A stretch of DNA of 63,230 nucleotides, filler included, from Octopus bimaculoides (GCF_001194135.2; 5 parts of 5 records of this genome joined end to end with filler, not necessarily neighbours in it); one strand, 5' to 3'; counted from the whole stretch's first letter, positions 52,370 through 63,230 are shown. Program-made: numbers and translations. Notes: generated from the letters alone by a model not told the origin.

Positions 52370-53259
52370 CACCTACACACACATTGTATATATGCGGTTG
52401 AGTTGACAAAAGAAAGAAAATTGTACGGAGACACACTTGCAGTTTGACTCAGCTCTATACAACTTTAAGCCACTGTTAACCTTCTTGTAAGTATATCTTT
52501 GATATATATATATATCTGTAAAAACAAATAAAATCAGTGACAGTATCTGCTTAGAATTAATTACTAGCCTGTATGGTTTGGCTAAGTTAAAATGGATTTT
52601 TGTATTCTTCCTTTCTACTTGGAGAGTTTAAATGTAGTTAGAAAAATATGTCCTTCTGTTGAAATGAAATTTCAGTAAATTTCTATATCTTGTGCAGCTG
52701 AGGATTGCTCTGCATTTTACATTTGATGTAATGTTCACATTGCTTAAATAAATGGAGTCGCATGAAACGATCGTACTGCATTAACTTTGGATATCCTNNN
52801 NNNNNNNNNNNNNNNNNNNNNNNNNNNNNNNNNNNNNNNNNNNNNNNNNNNNNNNNNNNNNNNNNNNNNNNNNNNNNNNNNNNNNNNNNNNNNNNNNNNN
52901 NNNNNNNNNNNNNNATATATATATAAGTACATGTCTGTCTGTCTGTGTGTTTATATTTGAAATTGTGGACTAAATTGTGACCCCACTTCGTGATGTTTTG
53001 GGCCATACCATGGATACAACCTGGCCAGAATCAAATACATTTTATCAACACATTCTGCTGTTGTATTTATATAAAGGCCCCCATTTAGTAGTTGTTTTTT
53101 TCATCTTCAATAATTTAATCAATAACACCCAGTAATAAATACGCAGATATATATATATATATATATATATATACTAATACACATACATATATAAACGCAC
53201 AATGCATAACTATGTATAGTTATGGTATGTGTGTGTGTATCATGTTTTATCTTGGGACG

Positions 53260-53300
<41 letters not shown>

Positions 53301-53514
53301 CGTAATGCATGCACACACACACACAGGGCTACATTCACACACACACACACACATACACACACATTTATATACCTATATAAACTCACACAAATATACACAA
53401 AAATAAATAATCATACTTGTGTAATATGTATATTTATATATACTAGAGACAGATATATACATTATATATATGCATGCATACATATGCACACACACACACA
53501 CACACACGCACGCA

Positions 53515-53546
<32 letters not shown>

Positions 53547-53895
53547 TGAAATGGAGAAAAACACGCCAAAAATTGGCGTATAAAAGGTTCAGACAGTAAA
53601 TGCTCAGACCAGCCAAAGTACGAAAACCCAAAGTTGTACGTAGGGGTACGGAATCAGTGCAAATATAACTTGGCTATGTGTAATGTGCCGGTGAAGCTAA
53701 CGAATGTATGTTAATACAGAATATGGACTGGTAGCTCGATAAGTAATAAAACAGGTATAAAGATATGTGAACTTAGCAAAAAAAAAATTGGAGAATCTGT
53801 TCTTCAGATTTTTTGCTAAGTTCGTTCAATTTGATCCTCAATTCGATTAAGTTGTAAACATTTGGAACTATCTGTCCATACATACATATGTTCTT

Positions 53896-54754
53896 AGGTG
53901 CAGGCTTGGCTGTGTGGCACCAGGTAAGTGGGAGCCAAAAACAAGGGAAAGAAAAAGCAAGGGATCTACCCTGGTGGTCGGATGCCTATCCTTCAGGAAA
54001 GCCATTACAAATTGCATCTGTAATGAGCAATGCTTCAATCGAACATTGTAAATATAATCCAATTTTTATTGTGTGTTTAAAATTGTAAATATTTAATCGG
54101 TGCAGCTACTTCACCCCTTTTATGTTTGTCTGTCCTTGTTCGTCCACTCTTTGTAATGCCTTTATGGTAAATATTTATGAAATAAAGAAGCTTGCTTTCC
54201 AACCAAATGGTTCCGGATTCAGTTCTGCTGTGTGGCACCTTGGACAAGTGTATTCTACTATAGCCGCGAGCCGACCAAAGCCTTGTGAGTGGATTTGGTA
54301 GACGGAAACTGAAAGAAGATTGTCAAATATATATATATATATATGGACGGTTTTCGGAGGACCGGAGAGATTATGTGTGGGTGGAGAATTATACGAGGTA
54401 TAGTACTATACAGAATACCGAAAGGATCTTCACCTCTTACATCACACCTTTCTTCCTACTTTAACGCCGATGTGGTATAATTTCCTGGGAGAGAAATAAT
54501 TTTGCGGCTGAGGATAGCTTTATATTGTAAATTATACACATATAAAGCTTGAAACACGTGTACCGCGGAATCCTATGTAGTTTTGTTGTTATTTTTTGGA
54601 TCCGTGTTTTTCTCCTTGTCTCCGTATTCTTTCTGTTGAAGAGCGTAGCTCGAAACGTCAAAGACTTTCCGTATTCCCGAGCGTCATACTAATATATACT
54701 TTTGTTATTTACACCACCTGTCCTCGTCTGTTGTTATTATTTGTATATTCTCCC

Positions 54755-54803
<49 letters not shown>

Positions 54804-55012
54804 TTTGTGTGTTTGTGTCGGTGCTTGTCCCTCCACCATCGCTTGACAACTGATCTTGGTATGTTAACGTCCCCGTAAACTAGCGGTTCGGCTAAAGAGA
54901 CCGATAGAATAAGTACCAGGCTTACAAAAAATAAGCCCAGGGGTAGATTTCTTCGACTAAAAGGCGGTGCTCCAGCATGGCCACAGTCAAAATGACTGAA
55001 ACAAGTAAAAGT
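53896..55012 (+). mobile_element. Same SINE family as 716-1218, split by two nested insertions
   Basis: Head 53896-53917, resumes 54185-54318, tail about 54800-55012; inserts at 53918-54184 and 54345-54745. Confidence 0.8.
54345..54745 (+). mobile_element. Solo PLE pseudo-LTR-like insert with hammerhead motif at 54628-54664
   Basis: TCTTT-CTGTTGA-A-GAGC-GTA-GCTC-GAAA-C-GTC-AAAGA: perfect 5-bp stem I, 4-bp stem II, GUC site, A6->U core change. Confidence 0.7.
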
Positions 55013-55025
55013 GTATATATATATA

Positions 55026-55278
55026 TTGGGTCATCCCATAAATAATGCAATTTTTTTATGTCTTTTATTTTTCAAAAATAAGAGAACCAAAGTTTTTTTA
55101 AAATCTAGAATATACTCTCCTTCATTTTCTACAATGCTCTTCCATCTACCTGTAAGACTTGTTAGGTCCCTCTACCAAAATTCACTTGTCCGTGACGAAA
55201 AATACTCGCCTAGTACTGTTCTGACCTCGTCTACAAAATTCATATTAATTCTGTCCAAATGATTTTGAAGACTGCGGA
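55026..55278 (-). mobile_element. Mariner 3' fragment with TIR, abutting a probable pogo/Tigger-like end at a TA (from 55279)
   Basis: FRSLQNHLDRINMNFVDEVRTVLGEYFSSRTSEFW...RWKSIVENEGEYILD*; TIR TTGGGTCATCCCATAAATAATGC. The next sequence starts TACCGTAAAACCCATGTAATTTGCGCACC. Confidence 0.78.
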
Positions 55279-55699
55279 ATACCGTAAAACCCATGTAATT
55301 TGCGCACCTGTGTAACTTACGCAGGTGATTTTCAGAATAGAAGTTGTTAAAAAGAAAGCTTCTACTCATGTAAAATTCGCACCCAAAAGTTTTCAGAATT
55401 GCCGATATAGCCAGGGAAAAAAGGTTTTCAATTTAGTTGTATTTAGCATAATTTCATTTACTTATGATTAAATTTTCATTAAATTTTCTTTAAATAAAGA
55501 TAATATCTATTTAACAGGTACCACATTGAAAACTATCAAATTACAATTCTATAGAAAATCTGAAGGGATAAACTTTAATATGAAAGCAACACACTGCTAA
55601 CACGAAAGTAGGACACAGTATTAACTTATGAATCTTTAATATACTTGACAGTATATTATGGTTGCAAGACGGAAACACAGTGTCCCTACCAGCAATTAA

Positions 55700-55761
<62 letters not shown>

Positions 55762-56327
55762 TATGTATGTATATACTGTTATATGTGCATATGTATAGAT
55801 GTGTGTGTATAAATACATACAGACATACACACACATACACTGATATAATGAGCTATAGTAAAGAATGAATGGGTGAAATCGGTCCCGTTGTGAAGCTAGA
55901 CAAATCTAAGGCAATAAATAGAACAGACGGTCAAAGGGTACCGACACCTTTCGGAAACATTGATGTTTAGCATTTAGCAAATATTTCCCTTTGAATTTAT
56001 TTATTTATTCATTCATTTCTTTATTTATTTATTTTGTTATAGCCTTTACTGCTGATATATACACCCACCACCGAATCCCACAATTAAAATATTTCTGTTT
56101 TATTGCTGGTGTGAGGTATCACTATTCGTAGAATTTGTACTGGAGAGAATAGAACACTACCAATATTATATTGATATTTTATTGTGTGTGTATGTGTATG
56201 TGTGTATGTGTGTGTGTGCGTGTGTGTGTGTGTGTGTGTGTAACTAAGTAAGTACGTGTGTATGTGTATATATGTATGTAAAATATGTATGTGTGCGTGT
56301 GTGTGTATATATATATATATATATATC

Positions 56328-56866
56328 TTACCGCCTGACTGGCCTTTGTAGGGTTTTCGAGCGAGATCGTTGCCAGTGCCCCTGGACTGGCTCTTGTGCG
56401 GGTGGCACATAAAAGACACCATTTCGAGCGTGGCCGTTTTCGTGCGGGTGACACGTAAAAGCACCCACTACACTCTCTGAGTGGTTGGCGTTAGGNNNNN
56501 NNNNNNNNNNNNNNNNNNNNNNNNNNNNNNNNNNNNNNNNNNNNNNNNNNNNNNNNNNNNNNNNNNNNNNNNNNNNNNNNNNNNNNNNNNNNNNNNNNNN
56601 NNNNNNNNNNNNNNNNNNNNNNNNNNNNNNNNNNNNNNNNNNNNNNNNNNNNNNNNNNNNNNNNNNNNNNNNNNNNNNNNNNNNNNNNNNNNNNNNNNNN
56701 NNNNNNNNNNNNNNNNNNNNNNNNNNTAGGTAGGGCATCCAGCTGTAGAAACTCTGCCAAATTAGATTGGAGCCTGGTGTTGCCATCCGGTTTCACCAGT
56801 CCTCAGTCAAATCGTCCAACCCATGCTAGCATGGAAAGCGGACGTTAAACGATGATGATGATGATA
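56328..56866 (+). mobile_element. SINE-like element with (GAT)n tail, gap inside
   Basis: GTGCGGGTGGCACATAAAAGACACC motif twice, GAGTGGTTGGCGTTAGG..AGGGCATCCAGCTGTAGAAAC, tail CCAACCCATGCTAGCATGGAAAGCGGACGTTAAAC(GAT)n. Confidence 0.7.
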
Positions 56867-57228
56867 TATATATATATATATATGCAGCTAGGCAAGGATG
56901 TGCATGTTCATATATATAGTGCGTATGTATGTATGCATGTAATGTATGTATGTATGTATGTATGCATGTAATGTATGTATCTATGTATGTATGTATGTAT
57001 GTATCTATGTATGTATGTATCTATGTATGCATGTATGCATATATGTATGTATGCATGTATGTATGTATGTATCAATGGATAGATGGATGGGTGGATGACT
57101 GCTTATTTTTATTTATTAAAATTCCTTCCAGAATGAGGGAGCTGGTTTCCAACAGAGAAACAGAATCCCCAGCACCAGATTTTAGATAACAAGTACAATA
57201 ATTATTTACATTATTTACATTTGACGGA

Positions 57229-57607
57229 TTGTGCAATAATTGTTACACATTGAACCTTAAGAAAGTATTGTCTGTTTCGAATGTTCCTCTCACAGGTTGC
57301 ATCCGTAAAGCTCGCCAGTTTCTTTCTTTACTTGAAAATTCTAGTTTAACCAAATACACCAACAATTATTAGGTTAAATATGGATTTATAATGAAAGCAG
57401 AGGAGCGGAAGGTTTCGAAGCAGTCTATGGACTTTGTCCTTCTTACTGATTTTAGAAGCAATGCTCACATCTGCAAGGTACCTGGTTTTACTTTTCAGTC
57501 CCAGATAACCATGTCAGGTCTGTTTAGTTCGCACTTGATAGAAGTTTTGATGAGAATGTTCCACTGGTATAGTCTCTATATATTAGTCCTCTGTATAAAA
57601 TTAGTTT
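57229..57607 (-). mobile_element. 5'-truncated 3' end of an RLE-type (R4/NeSL-like) LINE between 20-bp direct repeats
   Basis: WNILIKTSIKCELNRPDMVIWD (RPD endonuclease motif), later IIVGVFG and GTFETDNTF. Flanks 57209-57228 and 57608-57627 are 18/20 identical. Confidence 0.65.
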
Positions 57608-57609
57608 AT

Positions 57610-57799
57610 TATCTACATTTAACGGATTGATATACCCTCCAGCCTTTCGGCTGATATACCATCCAGCCTTCAACAGGTGTGGGGAAATTTCGAACCTGGG
57701 TTCTCATTCCTAAGGTATTTTTCGATATTGTTGTTGTTGTTGTTGTTCTTCTTCTTCTTCTTCTTCTTATCATCATCATCACCATCACCATCATCATCA

Positions 57800-57854
<55 letters not shown>

Positions 57855-57896
57855 CATTATTAAGGTCGCTGCCTGACCACTACGCCATATGCCCGT
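57610..57896 (-). mobile_element. Second copy of tRNA-headed/(AAT)n/hammerhead element; rearranged hammerhead at 57645-57680
   Basis: CGGGCATATGGCGTAGTGGT head (middle deleted), (AAT)n, ACCTTAGGAATGAGAACCCAGGTTCGAAATTTCCCC, ACAC-CTGTTGA-A-GGCTG...CAGCC-GAAA, then a duplicated stem II segment. Confidence 0.8.
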
Positions 57897-57923
57897 GGGC
57901 AATTATGGAGTGAATTTTAGGGA

Positions 57924-59530
57924 TTATAAATCTAATATTTTCCTATCCTTCCTTAATACCGGTTCCCATATGCTATTCATATCTGTACTCAGTCTGCTTA
58001 GGAGGTTCTTGTGTCCTAGCATATATGCTGCTTCTTTTATTTTTTAAATTTTCCAGTGGTCTTCTCTGTCTATTATTTTAACTTCATCCCACAGGGGGAG
58101 GTGGTCTCCATTTTCCCATACATGATCAGTTATACCTGATTTATCAATATCTCCTCGTATCACAGCTTTGCGATGTTCCTCTACCCTTATCTTGAGGGGG
58201 CGACATGTTTCGCCTTTGTATAACCTACCACAGCTGCATGAGATGGAGTACACGCAGTCTTTGGTCATATTCTCTTCTATTGGTGCTTTTACTTAAAGGA
58301 GATATTTGCGAAGTGATGTTTTACTCTTGAATACTGTCCTGATGTCATATGGGCCGCATATCTTTTGTATCGGAGAGGCCTTTCACAAAGGGTAGACAGA
58401 CTGTGGACAATTTATTGGTTTCATCCTATCTTTTCTTCATAATTGGAGTAGATAGTATGTTTTTGGAGTAGCTGTTGCTCAATAGATTGTTACTGAGCTT
58501 GTTCATTTCTTCGTGGGGGGGTATCACGATCGTTACTTTGCTCGATATTTTAGGCACTGAGCAATTCCTCTCTTTACACTGTATGGATGGTGGGAATTGA
58601 AGTTAAGGTATCGTCCAGTTAAGGTCGGCTTACGGTATACGGATGTCCTGAATCCATATTTGGTGCGTGTTATTAATATGTCCAGGAATGCTAGCTGATT
58701 GTCTTTTTCCATTTCCATTGTGAACTGTATAGATGGCTTTACTGAGTTCACATGATCTAACAGCACTTGGACATCTTCCTGGTGGGCCAGAGAATAAAGG
58801 TGTCATCAACATATCGCAACCATGGGGTTGGTTTTAGTGGTGTTGATCCCAAAGCCAAATTCTAAATGTATTCCATGTATATATTGGGTATTATGGGTGA
58901 TAATGGCGAACCCATGACTAAACCCTCTTCTTGTCGATATATATCAGTGACCATACTGAAATAGGTAGTTTCTACACAGAAAGTGAACATTTCCATCAAG
59001 TTTCTTATTGGTGTACTAGTGCGTTCTTTTAGATGGGTGTCTGTATCAAGTTTTTCTTGAATCACTGATAGTGCTTCACCAGTTGGGACTTTGGTGAACA
59101 GACTTATCACATCTAGACTCACCATCTGGTTGGATTCAATGGGGGTATCATGATCAATTCTGTGAAGTGGGTGAAATTCTTCACGTATAATGTTAACTTT
59201 CCTGCTAATGGACTGGTTATATCTACAAGGAAGCGGCTCAATGGATGACATGCTGAACCTCTACAGCTCACTATAGGTCTTAATGGAATACCATCCTTGT
59301 GAATCTTAGGAAGACCGTATATGTGTGGTAGTTTACTGTAGTGTTGAGTCAGTTGTCTGTACTTCATTGGTGTAAAGTGATCCTTGTTCTTGATCAAGAT
59401 CTGTGACAACTTCCTCTCTGTTTTCAGAGTCGGGTCTTTCATTACTTTGCTGTAGCTACCATCACTAATAAGACTTGCCAATTTTTCCGAGTAGTCAGAC
59501 TTGTTCATCACCACTGTAGCATTTCCTCAT
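57924..59530 (-). mobile_element. 5'-truncated Penelope/Poseidon-type PLE (RT + GIY-YIG)
   Basis: PHIYGLPKIHKDGIPLRPIVS, MVSLDVISLFTKVP, GLVMGSPLSP, RYVDD, LAFLDILI, YLNFNSHHP, CVYSISCSCGRLYKGETCRPLKIRVEEH; the ORF ends ...KILDL* at 57924-57926. Confidence 0.93.
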
Positions 59531-59899
59531 TTTAAGCTGTTTTGTAGAAAATGAGTACTTACTTCATTCCATATGTATTAAGAGTTTTAGGCTTCGATCA
59601 AATACCTAAAGGTACATGGTGCAATATCTTAAAACGATAGTGCAATAATAAAACAAGTCAGAAATTGCCTAAAGATATATAATACAGTATTATACAATGA
59701 AGGTACAAACATAACACAAGTTTGTGCTTGTACCTTACTTGAAATTTTTTGAAAAAGTATAGAATCTAGAACATGTTGAACTTATTTATCAGTATAATTT
59801 CAAACTTCAATAGTGTCACGTCCATGTTGTTAAGATAAATGATAGAGACATGAGAAATCCCAAGAAAAAGTGCCACTGAAAAACAGACCTTCATATAGA

Positions 59900-60250
59900 A
59901 GAAAGAAACCTAAAGCTCTAGCAAAGCAGTTGCAAAAGGAGAATGAAACTGACGAGCAGTGATGAGAAAGTCTCCGAAAACAATGAGAAGGTACATCGAA
60001 ATATTATCAAAATGAATTAGAATAACAAAGATCAAAAGCGCTCACTGATGATTAAGACAAGGAAAACAACTGTTCTTCAAGAAGAATGAGATGTACTAAG
60101 ATCATCAAGACTTCGAGAACAAAGAGTAAGTAGTGCACAGAATCAGCATGATAAGTCAGACGAACAACGCTCCAAGAGAGTTGCAGATAATATGATTAGG
60201 AAGACAAATTATTATGAAGTAGAATCAGAAGCAAGAAAGTCATCAAGACA
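59900..60250 (+). pseudogene. Degenerate ORF with 23-aa STPR-like repeats (possible Helitron N-terminal relic)
   Basis: NETDEQ**ESLRKQ*EGTSKYYQ / NELE*QRSKAL... and DKSDEQRSKRVADNMIRKTNYYE / VESE; several stops are one-base changes from CGA or CAA. Confidence 0.45.
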
Positions 60251-60254
60251 ACCG

Positions 60255-60410
60255 ATGCTAGTGTGTTTAAGTCCCCGTAACGTAGCGGTTCGGCAAAAGA
60301 CACCGATAGATTAAGTACTAGGCTTACAAAGAATAAGTCCTGGGGTCGATTTGCTCGACTAGAGGCAGTGCTCCAGCATGGCCACGGTCAAATGACTGAA
60401 ACAAGTAATA
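60255..60410 (+). mobile_element. SINE 3' tail fragment (family of 716-1218)
   Basis: CCCCGTAACGTAGCGGTTCGGCAAAAGACACCGATAG...CAGCATGGCCACGGTCAAATGACTGAAACAAGTAA. Confidence 0.85.
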
Positions 60411-61186
60411 TATATATATATATATATATATANNNNNNNNNNNNNNNNNNNNNNNNNNNNNNNNNNNNNNATAATAACTATTATTAATCAAAAATAATCG
60501 AAAATATATCAACACTATTATATTTGATTAATTATTAATCTTTATAGAAATATATATATATATATATATATATATGCGTATGTGTGTATATATATATGCA
60601 TATGTATGTGCCTAAATATTTCCACTTGTTCGTATCTTCACACAAACACACACACACACACACACACACATATCCAGGCTTCCGCGCGCGTAATCTCATA
60701 TACAGACATACACATGTATGTGTGTCTGTATGTCCGTGTATGTGTGCGTGCGTGTGTGTATGTGTGTGTATGTGTGCGTGTGTTGCAAGTACATAAATGA
60801 ACATACGAGAAAGTTAATATATCGCGTGTGGGATGGGGTGGTTAAGTTCTTGACGTTCGCATTAAAAGGCGGGAGGAATGTGTGAATATATCGAAATATA
60901 GAATGAGGAGGAATCTAAAGGAATCTGTGCATTTCGTAGAGAAGGAATGATTAGAGGCGTTTGTGGGCGGAGAGATGAAGTAGGTTAGTTAGACTGTGGT
61001 TGGGGTAAGTGAAACGACATGGAAAAGTGAGTAGAGGGGAAACACCAGCATCATTGGGATGTATATATGTACGAATTTATTTATGTATGTATATATATAT
61101 ATATATGTCTGTATGTTTGTATATATATATATATATACAAACATACAGACGCACACTCACGCGCGCACGTGTGTACACATACACAC

Positions 61187-61245
<59 letters not shown>

Positions 61246-61489
61246 NNNNNNNNNNNNNNNNNNNNNNNNNNNNNNNNNNNNNNNNNNNNTTAATTAATTA
61301 ANNNNNNNNNNNNNNNNNNNNNNNNNNNNNNNNNNNNNNNNNNNNGTCGTAAGCGACGAAGTGCCAACAAACAATATTTGTTAGACATCGTCGTATGTGT
61401 GCGTGTGTGTGTGTGTGTGTGTGTATGTGTGCATGTAGTTGTGTATGTGTGTGTTTGTGTGCGCGCGCGCGTATATATATATATATACA

Positions 61490-61850
61490 CACACCTCCTC
61501 GACTCACAACCTGTGCAACTTACGACCATCCACACTTACGACCACAGAAAAATAAATGAATACAAAATAAATAAATAAATAAATAATCGTTTTTCGGACG
61601 TTGGGTAGCTACGCGTACGATAACTATGGCAGTATCTGTCAACGCAGGCCTCCCTCAGACCCAGGCATCCATTGCTTGCCACTGTCTCTCACTCAGTCGC
61701 TTTTAAGCATCAGTTGCGTTTGAATGAAAATAGTGTTGAAAAATATAAATTCGACATACGACCTGTCGGTCGGAATGGAAGTCAGTCGTAAGTCGAGGAG
61801 AATGTATACATATAAGAGGTCCTGAGAGGGCAGAAAGATATAGTATTTCC
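61490..61850. mobile_element. Possible pogo/Tigger-like relic
   Basis: Repeated (CGA)CTTACGAC motifs at 61500-61545 and an inverted pair TCGACATACGAC / GTCGTAAGTCGA near 61750-61797. Confidence 0.35.
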
Positions 61851-62039
61851 AAGTGCAACACCCAAGAAAGAAGAAAAAAAAGAAAAAAACAACCCAACTA
61901 CACACGTCGGATTCCAGAATACTATCGAAATTCTTCTGTAGTAGAAAATCGACTTTCACAATGGCAAAACCGTTGAAATGCATTAAAAGAGTGAAATGCA
62001 TTAAAAAAAAAAAAAAAAAAGTCTTTAACACATAATTAA

Positions 62040-62640
62040 TGATCAGGTTAGAATTGTTTCTGGGATCTTTCTGATTTGGCGGGCGCCACTTGTTTCCTTA
62101 ACGAAACACTTTCAAACTTGGATAGAATGTGTCATATAAAACATCTTTTACTCTTAGTGCTATTGAGAAAATTTTATCTTTTTAAAGTTATTTCGTGTTA
62201 AAATTGTCGTATTTCGGTAATTTCAACCAATCACTGACGTCTATTGAGGTGAAAACAATTACTGCTGTGAATTGTCAACAAAGTGTTGTGTGGTGTAATG
62301 GGATCTTTTCCCTTGAATAAAATTAGTGCCGTTGTTTGTCAACAACAACTATCAGCGGTACTGTTATTTATGACATCGTTCGTGCGTTTGTACTGGTTTT
62401 AGCTTTAGGGTTTTAGGGTTAGGGTTCGGGCTTTAGAGTTAGGGTTAGGGTTTTAGGGTTAGGGCTATGAGTATTTTTGCCAATACTCATAACCCTAGAG
62501 ATCCTGTTTCTGTACAAAATCTGCTTTAAACATTAGTATGACACCTCTTCAGATATGCATCAAAAGTGTGCTCTTATGCAAATTTTCACTGAACTCGCAT
62601 TGAAAGCTGAGGTGGTATAGAAACAATTGTAACTGATTAG
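62040..62640 (-). mobile_element. ~600-bp MITE-like element with imperfect TIRs and internal TTAGGG-like array
   Basis: ATCAGGTTAGAATTGTTTCT at the left end versus revcomp ATCAGTTACAATTGTTTCT at the right end; homology to 32395-32750. Confidence 0.55.
62404..62464 (+). repeat. Interstitial telomere-like (TTAGGG/TTTTAGGG) repeats
   Basis: About 9 imperfect units. Confidence 0.85.
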
Positions 62641-62756
62641 GTCAACATTCGCCTCGATCATTTCCTTGTCATCTTATTTGGATTATATATATATATATTA
62701 TTCATTATTCTTTTACTTGTTTCAGTCATTTGACTGCGACCATGCTATGTGCATGA

Positions 62757-62787
<31 letters not shown>

Positions 62788-62874
62788 TATATATATATAT
62801 AAATATATATGCAGTAAACTTCAGCAATGTAACAAGAGACGTGCTGTTAGTGATTTTTTTTCTCCTTCTTAATT

Positions 62875-62908
62875 TTTCCGACGAAGAGCTTTGCTCGAAA
62901 CGTTAAAC
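62875..62908 (+). ncRNA. Minimal hammerhead motif with U4->C core variant
   Basis: TTT-CCGACGA-A-GAGC-TTT-GCTC-GAAA-CGT-T-AAAC; flanks are related to 9150-9310. Confidence 0.55.
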
Positions 62909-63166
62909 ACTCTCTCATTTTACTGATCGTCAAATTAATACATTCTTTGTGAACGTCCTCTTGTTTGTAATTTTTCATTTTATTGTTCGTTTATTTGATT
63001 TGACTGTATAATATATATATACATATATATAACATAATAGGGTAAAAATTTGATATTAATTAATATCAATTTAATACCAGGAAACCAGCACATTAAAAGA
63101 ATAAGAAGATTCAGAAAATTTTTTTTTCTGAGATCCTAAAAGGATTATAGTACATGTGTATATACA

Positions 63167-63230
<64 letters not shown>

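Noticed and set aside
52683-52797. YPKLMQYDRFMRLHLFKQC resembling an RGS-domain C-terminus
   Set aside because: Motif order differs from the RGS LM..DSYPRF pattern and the 5' side is lost in a gap.
2-63230. Most ORFs in the supplied track (CVCV, MYVC, HTHT, poly-H/D/V/I and X-filled ORFs)
   Set aside because: They are translations of microsatellites or N gaps, not genes.

Overview
Eukaryotic, AT-rich, microsatellite-dense DNA with roughly 5 kb of N gaps. The SINE families, (TA)/(CA)/(TACA) density and scaffold style suggest an octopus genome, possibly O. bimaculoides (inference). No complete protein-coding gene, rRNA, true tRNA or CRISPR array is supported. The window is mostly decayed mobile elements: three different Penelope-like elements (PLEs), R4/Dong-type and RTE-type LINE relics, an ORF1-only L1/Tx1-like element, several tRNA-derived SINEs, DD34D and DD37D Tc1/mariner relics, hAT/mariner/other MITEs and Helitron-type pieces. 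A few candidate exons of unidentified genes are also present. The most notable signal is seven hammerhead-ribozyme motifs. One at 40668-40723 (-) is fully base-paired and looks intact. Two sit in a tRNA-headed + (AAT)n + hammerhead element that abuts a PLE ORF. Four form a minimal GAGC/GCTC family, three of them with altered cores. A 25-bp pre-miRNA-like hairpin at 27394-27478 is also notable. Four TTAATTAATTAA spacers are assembly linkers, so adjacency across them is unreliable.
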